Virus record (IMG/VR): IMGVR_UViG_3300021378_000014
Span: 1-64,000 of that record
Source: a virus
Length of the DNA: 64,000 bases
Direction: 5' to 3' (one strand)
The stretch's first letter is position 1, and each line of letters starts with the position of its first letter. The notes beneath the pieces were generated by a model, which saw nothing but the letters and a program-made list of their open reading frames with translations, was not told the origin of the DNA and made no database searches. Below, piece by piece: positions 21,479 through 31,084 of this stretch. The translations under genes were made by a program, and so were the position numbers.

Positions 21479-22033
21479 CTAAAAATCTTCATAATAAGAT
21501 TCAAGTTTATCTTTAATATTTTCATCAAGATTTAAAGCTCGGCCAAATCTATTATTAAAAGTTGCAAATAATGTACTTAAAAATTCATAATCAAGTAGAT
21601 GTACTTCATTATTTTTAATAAAGTATTCAAGAGTTTCAATTATACGTAATTCTTCAATTCCAGCAGTTACGTAAAGATCAGAACTAGTTACATCATATTC
21701 TGCATGAAGTAGATCATGATGTACCCAAAAAATATGATCAACAACATAATCAACTTGAATATTATCACGCTGATCTAAAGCCCAAGCCAAGAATATAATA
21801 GTAGTATCATTACTAATAACTACATCTTTTTCTTTAAGAATATTAAGATAATATTCAGCTAGTTGTTCATAATCTTGATTATCTATTAAATCAAAATAAG
21901 GAATGTTCCAATCAAAATCAGAAGCAAACTCTTTAAAAGTTTCAGAATCAACTGTAATAGTTGTAGTACCTATTATTTCAACATTTTCACTTTTAATAAT
22001 TACATTAAGTACTAAGTTTTTATAATAAAGCAT
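21479..22033 (-). CDS. Highly acidic hypothetical protein
   Basis: 184 aa, D/E-rich, with HHDLLHAE. Confidence 0.7.
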   Translation of the reverse strand: MLYYKNLVLNVIIKSENVEIIGTTTITVDSETFKEFASDFDWNIPYFDLIDNQDYEQLAEYYLNILKEKDVVISNDTTIIFLAWALDQRDNIQVDYVVDHIFWVHHDLLHAEYDVTSSDLYVTAGIEELRIIETLEYFIKNNEVHLLDYEFLSTLFATFNNRFGRALNLDENIKDKLESYYEDF

Positions 22034-22045
22034 AACTATTGTTTT

Positions 22046-23314
22046 TTATTCATAATCTCTTACAGCTATTCCTACAGCATGAAAAGGCAGTTCTTTTGGT
22101 GGAACAGTCCTTTCATAAAATTCTACTGTAAGTAATTTACCAATAAGAATATCACGATCAATAAAATATTGACGTTTTTGTTCAACAGTACCTTCAGGTA
22201 CTACCGTAAACGTTTCATGATTTAAATCGTTACGGCATACAAACATACCAAGTTCTGGCGCATCTCTACTATCAATTACATCTAAGATAATAAATTCTGC
22301 ACTTTCTCTACGTTTTAGTTTAACAATAGTCATAGGACGTTTGCCAAATCCATATTCAGATTTATGATCTCGAAAAATAGCACCTTCGTATCCATTTTTA
22401 ATACAAATATCTGTATAGTATTGAGCTGTATCGTCGCTAGTAATATTAACACTAACTAAACCATGTACATTACTAAATCCCCAATTACCTATATTATTTT
22501 GTATAAATCTTAATCTAGCTTGTTGTTTAATATCGGCAACAGCTAAATCAAAAATGTAAAATTGTAATAACTGAGTTTTAAGATTAGGTTTAACAGCTGC
22601 ACTACGTATTTCACTAAGATATTCACCATGAATATAAATTTCACCATCAAATATTAATTCAGTTCCTTCTGGTAATCCACTAGTTTCAGTAGCATAAAAA
22701 TGATTTTCAGTAAATTGATCAGTAATTAATGGAAGATTATATTCTAATCCCATTTTACTAAATAGTACAGCACCACGTCCATCAACCCAGCGCATAAAAG
22801 CACGAATACCGTTAATTTTAGGTTGACCTATACATGGAAATTTAATACGTGGTTCAATACGTTCAATTCCTTTAACTTTACGTGTAACATAATATTGTTG
22901 ACATTTCATAGGTTTAATATTACCTTTGTCGTCAGTATTATCTTTAGGTAAGTGTTTTTCTAAAAATGTAAGTAAACTCTGGTTTTGTATAAAAGTCATA
23001 TGAACACCAGATTTATTAATATTTAATGATACAGCTAATGTAGCATCTATATCACCAATACTTTTATAACCTTTTTTCTTTTGCCGAGCGATCTTTGAAT
23101 TTGCCTCTAAAATAGCTTGCTGGAGCTGCGTAGTTTCGTTTAAACGGCCTATATTTTTGCCTTCGTGTATTGCTGTGATCTGCGGAGTTTGAATGCCGCC
23201 AAACAGCCCTGAACGAGTGACAATTTTAGGTACTGAACTTTCAGCATCATCAATAGTTATACTCCAAACTTTAATACTTCCATCGCTAGTTCTAGCATAT
23301 AAAACTTCTTTCAT
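22046..23314 (-). CDS. ATP-dependent DNA ligase with N-terminal WGR-like extension
   Basis: QPKINGIR (motif I), FDGEIY, YIFDL, GYEGAIFR, KLKR, and an OB-fold C-terminus. Confidence 0.92.
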   Translation of the reverse strand: MKEVLYARTSDGSIKVWSITIDDAESSVPKIVTRSGLFGGIQTPQITAIHEGKNIGRLNETTQLQQAILEANSKIARQKKKGYKSIGDIDATLAVSLNINKSGVHMTFIQNQSLLTFLEKHLPKDNTDDKGNIKPMKCQQYYVTRKVKGIERIEPRIKFPCIGQPKINGIRAFMRWVDGRGAVLFSKMGLEYNLPLITDQFTENHFYATETSGLPEGTELIFDGEIYIHGEYLSEIRSAAVKPNLKTQLLQFYIFDLAVADIKQQARLRFIQNNIGNWGFSNVHGLVSVNITSDDTAQYYTDICIKNGYEGAIFRDHKSEYGFGKRPMTIVKLKRRESAEFIILDVIDSRDAPELGMFVCRNDLNHETFTVVPEGTVEQKRQYFIDRDILIGKLLTVEFYERTVPPKELPFHAVGIAVRDYE

Positions 23315-23338
23315 AATTTTAGTTTCAGTTTGTAAATT

Positions 23339-23370
23339 AAAATGCCGCAGTCCTACTAGAAGACTGCGGC
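23339..23370 (-). terminator. Intrinsic terminator
   Basis: GCCGCAGTC...GACTGCGGC stem with a T run on the minus strand. Confidence 0.75.
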
Positions 23371-23404
23371 GAATTACACAATTAGTATTAGCTCTTACTG
23401 TTAC

Positions 23405-24205
23405 TTAGAAAGTAATACCGAGCTTAATACCCAGTTGGGGTGCAATATCGTTTCGACCGGGGCCAAAACGAGCACCACCCCTTAAACCCCAAGCAAGCGG
23501 TTTCTTTACATTAAGATATTCAAGGCTTGCACCTGGTTTAGTACTATTATCTGTATCCCATACATGAAAAATTTCCACACCAAGATAGTTATTACGAACT
23601 TTATTAGCCATAATAATAGGACGAATAATATCTACGTTAGTAACTTTAGCGTCAAGTGCTACAAGTTTACCTTGCACTTCTGCTACATAGTCAATAATTT
23701 GAGATTCAGGTGTAGTAATTGTGCCTTTATAAATTTGATTACCTGTATCTCGTAGTTTATCAATTTCAGCTTGTACAAGTTTAGTTTGACAAGTTTTATT
23801 TTCATCTTGTGCTACAATTAAACGAGATTCTACATCATCAAGAACATTAGTGTAAAATTCCTCAAGTTGAGCTGCTGTAGTGTTATATGACGTATCTGTT
23901 TTAATAAGTACAGGACGAGGTTTACGCGTATAAGTAGTAGTATTAGCTTCTAGTTTACCCATACGACAATCAAGTAGTTCTTTAAGTATTTGTTCATGCT
24001 GTTCATTAGTTACATAACCTACTTGTACAGGAATTACTTTCTCATCTTTTAATGCTAAGTATTCAAGTGTAAGGTTATCGTACTTCAATTGCAATTGATT
24101 GTACTTTTCCATACTAATCATTTGTTCTACTTTAGGTCTGGAACAGAACATAATTACTAACGCTAACGTAATTGCTACTGCAATTACAGTTTTAATATTT
24201 TTCAT
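23405..24205 (-). CDS. Membrane-anchored coiled-coil protein with C-terminal amphipathic beta-strands (spanin candidate)
   Basis: N-terminal TM segment ending ...IMFC, long coiled coil, C-terminus LGIKLGITF. Confidence 0.65.
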   Translation of the reverse strand: MKNIKTVIAVAITLALVIMFCSRPKVEQMISMEKYNQLQLKYDNLTLEYLALKDEKVIPVQVGYVTNEQHEQILKELLDCRMGKLEANTTTYTRKPRPVLIKTDTSYNTTAAQLEEFYTNVLDDVESRLIVAQDENKTCQTKLVQAEIDKLRDTGNQIYKGTITTPESQIIDYVAEVQGKLVALDAKVTNVDIIRPIIMANKVRNNYLGVEIFHVWDTDNSTKPGASLEYLNVKKPLAWGLRGGARFGPGRNDIAPQLGIKLGITF

Positions 24206-24218
24206 TTGTAGTTTATTT

Positions 24219-25079
24219 TTAATAGTTATGAAATTCTTTATAAAATTGATTACCTAAAACTAAAGCGTTAGTATCTGGTATAATACTAAAAACAAGTTTA
24301 CGTTGTGATTCATCATCTACAGGTATAAATCTAGCACCACAAGGATCTTGGGTGATAAACATAATATTATCATCCGGTAGTTTTGGCTCAAAATACTGTA
24401 CGTATTCATTATTAGCTTTTTTACCAGTTTTACCGGTAGCTAATAAATCAAGAAAAGCTTTAGCGTACGGAAATGCTCTATTACCTACATCCCAAAATTG
24501 GGATATAGAGAGTTCATCTAATACTCTATCAGTAGTTAATTTCGGAGTATCAAAGATAGTTAATTGAACTCGATAAGGAAAAGGTTTCTCTATTACTGGG
24601 AGAGTTTTTATATGTGGAATATAACTTTCTTTTATTGCTTGCATAACTTTACGTCTAGCAAACGGATTAAGATTACCACTATAAAAATCTTGTCCATTAA
24701 TTGTGTAAACTTTTGGAGTTCCAGCTTGAGTATTATTAGCAAGTACTCGTTCATTAGTTTCTTTATTTACTAGAAACACTTTATGTGTTTGCATATACTC
24801 ATGAACTCTTTTTCCTCTCCCAGTAATAGGAAAGGCTCGTACGGTATCAACTTGTTTATTACCTTTATATATACCAAGGTAATAATTATCCGCTATTTGA
24901 TCAGGTTCTACAATTCCAGTATGTCCAATTTTCATTCTAGAGCCTGGATTAGTATACTTAACAAGTAACTTTTTACCTGCACCTTTGATCGTAATACCAT
25001 CATACCGATAATATTTTGGTATCTGTTTCTTTGATAACTCTACTGTTCTGATATAATTAGGTATTATTACTTGATACAT
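24219..25079 (-). CDS. RusA-like Holliday junction resolvase domain protein
   Basis: C-terminal WDVGN...AKAFLDLL...LPDDN matches the RusA D-x-x-N/K/D/DD pattern. Confidence 0.55.
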   Translation of the reverse strand: MYQVIIPNYIRTVELSKKQIPKYYRYDGITIKGAGKKLLVKYTNPGSRMKIGHTGIVEPDQIADNYYLGIYKGNKQVDTVRAFPITGRGKRVHEYMQTHKVFLVNKETNERVLANNTQAGTPKVYTINGQDFYSGNLNPFARRKVMQAIKESYIPHIKTLPVIEKPFPYRVQLTIFDTPKLTTDRVLDELSISQFWDVGNRAFPYAKAFLDLLATGKTGKKANNEYVQYFEPKLPDDNIMFITQDPCGARFIPVDDESQRKLVFSIIPDTNALVLGNQFYKEFHNY

Positions 25080-25081
25080 AG

Positions 25082-25531
25082 TTAAAGTTTAATTATTAAG
25101 ATATAATCTGGATTACGTAATATTGCTTTTATAGCAATATATTGTTCTTCAGTATTACCTACCATAGTAGTAGGTATATACGCGTTACCATAATGCCCTT
25201 CAACATTACTTTTTAATGCAGCTAAATGATTTTTAGTTAAAGGCGCTTTTGTATATAAAAACTTTCTTACAATAGTAACACCTTCTTCTTTTACAGAATT
25301 ACGATCTGGCATTACTACTCTACTAAACTCAGCTGTATATCTATCTGTCATTAAAACAAGATGTTCTTTTTTAAGTTTTACTCTACGTATAGTACAAAAC
25401 TCTTTTTCTTTAATTTGATGATAAGCGCGTTCAGCTTCGTCTTTAGTAAGAGGAACAGCAAATAGTAAATCTACTGTGTCATTAATAAGAAATCCACGAA
25501 GGATATTTTGAATGATGTCTATTTTATTCAT
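25082..25531 (-). CDS. Hypothetical protein
   Basis: ORF coupled to the primase gene. Confidence 0.7.
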   Translation of the reverse strand: MNKIDIIQNILRGFLINDTVDLLFAVPLTKDEAERAYHQIKEKEFCTIRRVKLKKEHLVLMTDRYTAEFSRVVMPDRNSVKEEGVTIVRKFLYTKAPLTKNHLAALKSNVEGHYGNAYIPTTMVGNTEEQYIAIKAILRNPDYILIIKL

Positions 25532-26606
25532 AGTTATATTGTTGAAAATCTGAAAAATCTCTATTATTGAATTGATAAAAACCTTCAGATTTAATATAAT
25601 CTATCAGGTTTTGTGTTCGTTTAATTCCATGTTTATCTACGTGTTCACTAAAGTCTTTAGCTTTATAATCATAAGTTTCAAACTTACCATTTGTAAAGAA
25701 AAGAGCAGGTATGTTTTGTTTACGTAATTGTACAGCTAGTTTAATACCAGCATAATCAAAATCCATCAAGCTATATATATTACTCCAAATACTACGTAAA
25801 TATGCAATTTGAATTGGAGTAAGAATTACACTTTCTGCAGGTACTGCTACAGCTGTAATACCAAAACTATACAAAGACATTACATCTTTAAGAGATTTCG
25901 TAATAATTCCAGTATCAGCTTTTACTACTTGTTTAGTGCCTTGTACTTTATTACTATTAGTAATAAACTTATATTGTTTTCTACGTGGAAAGTATAATTT
26001 CCAATGTTCACCTTCAGTAGTCGTACCTAAATAATAAGCATAACAAGGATCATTCTCAAAGTAATGATAAATAGTGTTATTATTTAGATATGCAACTTGA
26101 ACAGGAAATACTTGATAATAATTAAGTATATCAAGATTTATATTAAATCTATCCCAGTAACAACGATCGGCATAATTCCAATCTCTAGTAAGTATATTAA
26201 TAAGAGTAAATTCTCTAGGTTTATTAAAGTTTTTAACAGAAATTAAACCACTAGAACCAACTGTAGTATATTCATGAATTTTAAACTCTTTAGCTACAAT
26301 GTGTAGAATTTTATTAAATCCTACTTTATCGTCAGCGTTAATACAGTTTTGATAGCCAACTACATCAAAACAATCTCCTGTAAAATAACCAGCAAAATCA
26401 TTAAAAGTAATTCTATTATCAGCTTTAACTAAAAATCCACAAGTAGGATTTTTATCAGCTCTAAGGGGTGATCTTATTAATTTATTTTTAGTTATACATT
26501 CATAAATAATATGAATAGAAATACCTAAAAATCTAGCCAATATAGCTTCTTGAGTTATACGATCTAATATATACTCTCTTGTTAACTTTGGTAGTATTCC
26601 TATCAT
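25524..26606 (-). CDS. DNA primase (TOPRIM, crAss-type)
   Basis: SPLRADKNPTC, ITKSLKDVMSL, MDFDYAG, KDFSE. Start moved to MIGILPK (26606) because the 26642 start lies inside a terminator. Confidence 0.85.
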   Translation of the reverse strand: MIGILPKLTREYILDRITQEAILARFLGISIHIIYECITKNKLIRSPLRADKNPTCGFLVKADNRITFNDFAGYFTGDCFDVVGYQNCINADDKVGFNKILHIVAKEFKIHEYTTVGSSGLISVKNFNKPREFTLINILTRDWNYADRCYWDRFNINLDILNYYQVFPVQVAYLNNNTIYHYFENDPCYAYYLGTTTEGEHWKLYFPRRKQYKFITNSNKVQGTKQVVKADTGIITKSLKDVMSLYSFGITAVAVPAESVILTPIQIAYLRSIWSNIYSLMDFDYAGIKLAVQLRKQNIPALFFTNGKFETYDYKAKDFSEHVDKHGIKRTQNLIDYIKSEGFYQFNNRDFSDFQQYNYE

Positions 26607-26625
26607 AAACTCATGTTTTAAAGTG

Positions 26626-26659
26626 AAAAAAAAAGCCAGCACTAACTGGTAGTGCTGGC
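26626..26659 (-). terminator. Intrinsic terminator
   Basis: GCCAGCACTA...TAGTGCTGGC stem followed by T9 on the minus strand. Confidence 0.85.
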
Positions 26660-26695
26660 CTCAAAAAACGTTAATAACAAAATGTAATCTATTCT

Positions 26696-27496
26696 TTAGA
26701 CATCAGGCCACAAATCACCAGCTGGCGGTGCACTGGGAATACCCGCAGGTGTACCAGGCAAATTACCAGATGCCGTAGTTTCAGGAACTAATTCGTAAAT
26801 ATCTTTTGGAGACACTGAAAGAATACTAACTCCACCCTCTTTGATAGCTTCAATACAATTACCAAGGGGCATCTGTAATACGTTAGGACGCTTACCTTGC
26901 CCAGCACGTACTAATTTAATACGAACAGGGATAGCTTTTTCTCCTACTTTATAAACAGGAGTACCTTTACGTAATGTGTTGAACGCATTAGCAATAGCTT
27001 CAAAGTAGCCTTTATAATAAAGACTAAGTTCATTTACTTCCGTAAATTTATTATCTTCAGTTTGAAGTGTAGCAGCTCCTAAATATTCAGCAGCTTTACC
27101 GGGAACAAACGCTTCAAAGATATGAGCAATACGTTCGTTAAGCATACGGTTTTTGTTGGTAAATTTAGGATCACCAGTTAACAAACTATATACTTGCTCA
27201 ATATGAATAAAATGACCACCATTATCTTGAAATACAAATTCAAGAGTAGTTTGACGGAATTTATCATCTACTTGGTGAAACTCTAATTCAGCTCCTTCAG
27301 CTACTTCTACACCATCAGAAGCAATAGCTCCTCGTTTAACTGCAGTACGTGCAAGTACATTCACTAATTCACATTCTACAAAAGGATGTGGGCGAGTTCC
27401 TGCTTTATATTCTCGGTAATATGTTTCAACGGGAAACGCCACATTAGAGACAGTTTTAGTTTCCTCATTAATACCCATATTTTTAAAATCCAGCAT
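26696..27496 (-). CDS. Putative single-stranded DNA-binding protein
   Basis: Beta-rich body, Pro/Gly linker and acidic-aromatic tail (GDLWPDV); lies between SSAP and primase. Confidence 0.5.
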   Translation of the reverse strand: MLDFKNMGINEETKTVSNVAFPVETYYREYKAGTRPHPFVECELVNVLARTAVKRGAIASDGVEVAEGAELEFHQVDDKFRQTTLEFVFQDNGGHFIHIEQVYSLLTGDPKFTNKNRMLNERIAHIFEAFVPGKAAEYLGAATLQTEDNKFTEVNELSLYYKGYFEAIANAFNTLRKGTPVYKVGEKAIPVRIKLVRAGQGKRPNVLQMPLGNCIEAIKEGGVSILSVSPKDIYELVPETTASGNLPGTPAGIPSAPPAGDLWPDV

Positions 27497-27531
27497 AAGT
27501 TTAGTATTTAAAATATTTGTACTAAATTAAT

Positions 27532-27564
27532 AAAAAAGGGGAGATCTTGCGATAAGACCTCCCC
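27532..27564 (-). terminator. Intrinsic terminator
   Basis: GGGGAG...CTCCCC stem followed by T6 on the minus strand. Confidence 0.75.
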
Positions 27565-27597
27565 AATGACTCAATCAATGATTAGAATTGTCGACGC

Positions 27598-28473
27598 CTA
27601 CAATTCAGTGTCAAAGTCGAAATCGGTATCTACAACAGGTGCAACTACAGGCTCAGGTGTAGGTGCGACTACAGGCTCAAGCGTGACTACAGGTGCAGGA
27701 GATTCATCACCTGAAACTTCTACGTCATCGCTATCACCACCTTTTACGCTTTTTTCCTTAAAGTGGCTATACTTTAACACAAAGAAAGGATTTTCAAGAG
27801 CTTCTGCAGTTTCTTCAACACCAACCCAAACACCAGGCTCACCACTACGGCTAAGCATAGCTACACTTTTAATTTCTGGATTTGCTTTGTTTTCGTCGGT
27901 TAACAAAACAATTTCACCAGAATTAAGTTCAGCAAGACCGTAAGCTTTAATGGTATCATAAAACTGACTTCCATCAGTAGTACCATTAAGTAATTGCCAA
28001 GGATTACGTGAACTGAACTGGTAACCACTACCAGTTTTACGAACAAGAGCGCCGTTATTGCCATTATCAGCAAGACCGCGAGCTTCAAGTTCCATACCAA
28101 TCCACAGTGCTTTTTCTTCTTCGTAAGCAGCAAGTTCTGCACTACCGGTAGCAAAAGATTGAGGATTAGCCATTTCAAATTCCATAGCAAGAATTTCACT
28201 ATTAGACAGTTCACCGACACCTACAGCGTAAGACATTCCAGTAATTTCTACAGTTACAGGAACACCGGTTACTTGTGGTACTTCTACCACGATCAGGCGT
28301 GAACCACTACCAGCTCCAAGTGCTTTCATCATCCAAGCATTAGCAGAACAGTTACCTTTAGTACTGGTCGTATAAAATTGCGGGAGGATCGTTGCGTCAC
28401 TACCACCACGGGTATTTGTAACAGCATCAGAAGCGGCATTAATTTTGTTAAGAAAATCAAGGTTGAAAGACAT
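27598..28473 (-). CDS. Abundant-type hypothetical protein with Pro-rich linker and acidic tail
   Basis: Has its own promoter-like box (TATCTTTA near 28520) and terminator; ends DTDFDFDTEL. Confidence 0.75.
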   Translation of the reverse strand: MSFNLDFLNKINAASDAVTNTRGGSDATILPQFYTTSTKGNCSANAWMMKALGAGSGSRLIVVEVPQVTGVPVTVEITGMSYAVGVGELSNSEILAMEFEMANPQSFATGSAELAAYEEEKALWIGMELEARGLADNGNNGALVRKTGSGYQFSSRNPWQLLNGTTDGSQFYDTIKAYGLAELNSGEIVLLTDENKANPEIKSVAMLSRSGEPGVWVGVEETAEALENPFFVLKYSHFKEKSVKGGDSDDVEVSGDESPAPVVTLEPVVAPTPEPVVAPVVDTDFDFDTEL

Positions 28474-28577
28474 AGTTTAATAATTAACTAGTTAAAAAAA
28501 TTGGTTGTTTTCAATGATGTAAAGATACGTCATTGATTTAATAATAAGAAATATTCTTTAAGATTTGACTACTTAAA

Positions 28578-29360
28578 TTAATCTACATTCAAATAGTCTA
28601 CATCTTCTGTTTTATATTCAATGTTAGCTGCATCCATTAGTTCAGTTTTTTCATAAACTCCGAGTAATAAATCATCAGCTATTCTACGTGCGCCTTGTGT
28701 ATAAGCTCTCCAATAAATCATAACTTTTGGACGTTTCTTCCAGTTATCTTTACCAGTAAGATCAGCCATTGCAGCATCACTCCACTTATAAATACCATAC
28801 TCTATACGTTCATACCACTCACCGTTAGGTAATTGCATCCAACGTATAAATTTAATTTTAGTTTCATAATCAATTACTTGACTACGTAGTACAGGTATTC
28901 CAGTTTTAGATTCATCGTTAGCTGCATCGGCAACTTGTTTCATAGTAAAGCAAATATAAAATCTATCAGGATAAGCATCTATATCTTCTTGACTATATAC
29001 TGTATCTTTAAACTGATATTGATAAACAGGTCTATAATCATAAACTAGTTCATCTATAATACTAGCCCTTTGAATCATCGCTTTGATAAGATGAGCATCA
29101 GCTCCTACTTTACCTTGTATATTAGTAAGGTGAGCAATACAATCCATAATTGGAAAATTATGATCTTTTGCCCATAACATACTAGCCATAATACCTTGTT
29201 TAGTAGTATGATTACCAAAGCCAGCTTTAAGTAATTCTTGTGCATATTCACTAAACAGCGCAATATTATCAAAATCTTTAAATTCGTTGTATTTAGCTAC
29301 GCCATATGTAACAGGAACTTTAGCTACAGCTGTTACGCTTTTTTCTACTTCTTCACTCAT
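28578..29360 (-). CDS. RecT/Bet-like single-strand annealing protein
   Basis: NWKKRPKVMIYWRA...ARRIADDLLLG pattern. Start moved to MSEEVEK, which gives an ATGA overlap with the helicase stop. Confidence 0.7.
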   Translation of the reverse strand: MSEEVEKSVTAVAKVPVTYGVAKYNEFKDFDNIALFSEYAQELLKAGFGNHTTKQGIMASMLWAKDHNFPIMDCIAHLTNIQGKVGADAHLIKAMIQRASIIDELVYDYRPVYQYQFKDTVYSQEDIDAYPDRFYICFTMKQVADAANDESKTGIPVLRSQVIDYETKIKFIRWMQLPNGEWYERIEYGIYKWSDAAMADLTGKDNWKKRPKVMIYWRAYTQGARRIADDLLLGVYEKTELMDAANIEYKTEDVDYLNVD

Positions 29361-30502
29361 AGCTTGTATTTTTTGTTGTTTAGAGTATGTCCAATACTCC
29401 AATTATGAAATTTACCTTTGTTATATTCTGGATAAGCTGGTAATAAATGACCATTAGCTAAATCATTATATAACCACAATTGACCATCATTATCATATCT
29501 TGATTTTATAAGGCCAAGATGTATAATATTTTGTGTTGTAACTTCACGCGGTCCATATTGCGGTATACCAAGTTTAGATGGCATAAGCATAGTAAAAACA
29601 AAATCACTAGCTTGAAACAGTTGTCCACCACAATAAATATCACTTTTTAATGGATAATGAAGTCCAGGTTTACTTCTACGTCTATCATCTTCAATTTCAT
29701 TATTGAATTGATTTAGTGGAATTACCATTGCTCCAAACACTTCGCGAAGAGAAATAAACATCTTACTTAAATTATTAATAAGTTCAGTATCTGATTTTTC
29801 TTTATCTTTAGCTACAAGTAATGTATGGTCTAATGTTACAATCAACTCTGTTGGTTCAGGATTATTACGTACATATTTATTATACGCAACTTCTACAGTT
29901 TTAAATATATCCATAACTGTACCAGCGTGATTGAAAAACAATACATTTTTAGTACGCTGTAAATAATTTAAAATAGTAGTGGTAAACCTATGTTCTTCGC
30001 TGGTTAATACATTATATTCATACACACCGTTACTTATCTTTTTAGCAAAAGAACTGTGCAAGTAGCTGTAATTCATACCAGCATAATCACAAACACTACG
30101 CGCTATTTCTTTACCAGGATTCATTTCAAAACCAAAATGAAGCATACATACTTTAAACGTAGCATCTTTATTTATAGCCGGAAATATGAGTTCTTTCCCA
30201 GTAAAAGAAATAGAAGCTTTAGTTTCAATATGTTTAATAAGTTCTTCATCATTAGTCTCAAAAGGAAGAATTATTTCTTCTGTACTTCTAAAATCATCAC
30301 GAAGATTATTCAATAAGAAACTTTTTGCACTGCCACTTGCTCCCGCAATAGTATATATGCTAGCGAACCGCATATATTTCATCATTGCTTTGTTAAGCGG
30401 TGTAAATCTAGTAATTAAACCATTTTGATCACCACTTAACTCCCTAGTTATTTCTCGATTTGCTGTTTTAACAGCACTTGTATATGTAGTGGGAGTTAGC
30501 AT
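29357..30502 (-). CDS. DnaB-like (SF4) replicative helicase
   Basis: IAGASGSAKS, FGFEM, TLDH, LNQFN, SDIYCGGQLFQASD, KSRY. Confidence 0.88.
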   Translation of the reverse strand: MLTPTTYTSAVKTANREITRELSGDQNGLITRFTPLNKAMMKYMRFASIYTIAGASGSAKSFLLNNLRDDFRSTEEIILPFETNDEELIKHIETKASISFTGKELIFPAINKDATFKVCMLHFGFEMNPGKEIARSVCDYAGMNYSYLHSSFAKKISNGVYEYNVLTSEEHRFTTTILNYLQRTKNVLFFNHAGTVMDIFKTVEVAYNKYVRNNPEPTELIVTLDHTLLVAKDKEKSDTELINNLSKMFISLREVFGAMVIPLNQFNNEIEDDRRRSKPGLHYPLKSDIYCGGQLFQASDFVFTMLMPSKLGIPQYGPREVTTQNIIHLGLIKSRYDNDGQLWLYNDLANGHLLPAYPEYNKGKFHNWSIGHTLNNKKYKL

Positions 30503-30505
30503 AGA

Positions 30506-31084
30506 TTAAAAATCTTGATCATGAACAATATATGTACCTGTTTGATTGTTTTCTAACCTACGTTGTCTAATATCCCACCAACCTTCAGATCGTACAAAGT
30601 TTTCAATGTTAACTTTAATAAGATCATGTCTTTTACCAAAATCAAGGTCTAGTAATATACGATCATGTTCAGCTTTACTGTAATTAATTCGTTGTGCGTA
30701 AAGATTACGTACAACTTCTCTATCACTATTTTTTAACGGGGCGTTACCTCCGTTAATTATAGTAAATCCAGGATAAGCAGCAATAAACTCTTGTCCTGCA
30801 ATATACGTAGTTATAAAACTACTTGTAAATTTATCAGTCACTTCGTATCCTAGTTGACCCCCTAATCGAAGCCAACCGTGTTCTATAAGCATCACTTTAT
30901 CTACTTCAGTAGTTAGTGATTTTTTATCTCCTATGGTTATACCATGTACTTCAATAAATTGCTTCATTAAAGCAAAGTTTGCTCTATCTTCTTTAGTAAT
31001 GTAAAGAAAATAAAGCAAACTAAATTGTCGTTCATTTATCCTATTATTAATAAGATAAGTAGTGTATTCTTTAAAATCTATCAT
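30506..31084 (-). CDS. Hypothetical replication protein between the SF2 helicase and DnaB
   Basis: 192-aa ORF with translational coupling; function unknown. Confidence 0.7.
   Translation of the reverse strand: MIDFKEYTTYLINNRINERQFSLLYFLYITKEDRANFALMKQFIEVHGITIGDKKSLTTEVDKVMLIEHGWLRLGGQLGYEVTDKFTSSFITTYIAGQEFIAAYPGFTIINGGNAPLKNSDREVVRNLYAQRINYSKAEHDRILLDLDFGKRHDLIKVNIENFVRSEGWWDIRQRRLENNQTGTYIVHDQDF

Noticed and set aside
26150-26165. Extra repeat copies (TATCCCAGTAAC at ~26150; GCCAGTAATTGAAAG at ~44898)
   Set aside because: Only 8-9 core bases match, which is compatible with chance; not counted.
27566-27943. Ser/Thr/Gly-rich + strand ORF and other antisense ORFs in the track (e.g. 1454, 15392, 21096, 45043, 49360, 61909)
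   Set aside because: Shadow frames of well-supported genes on the opposite strand.
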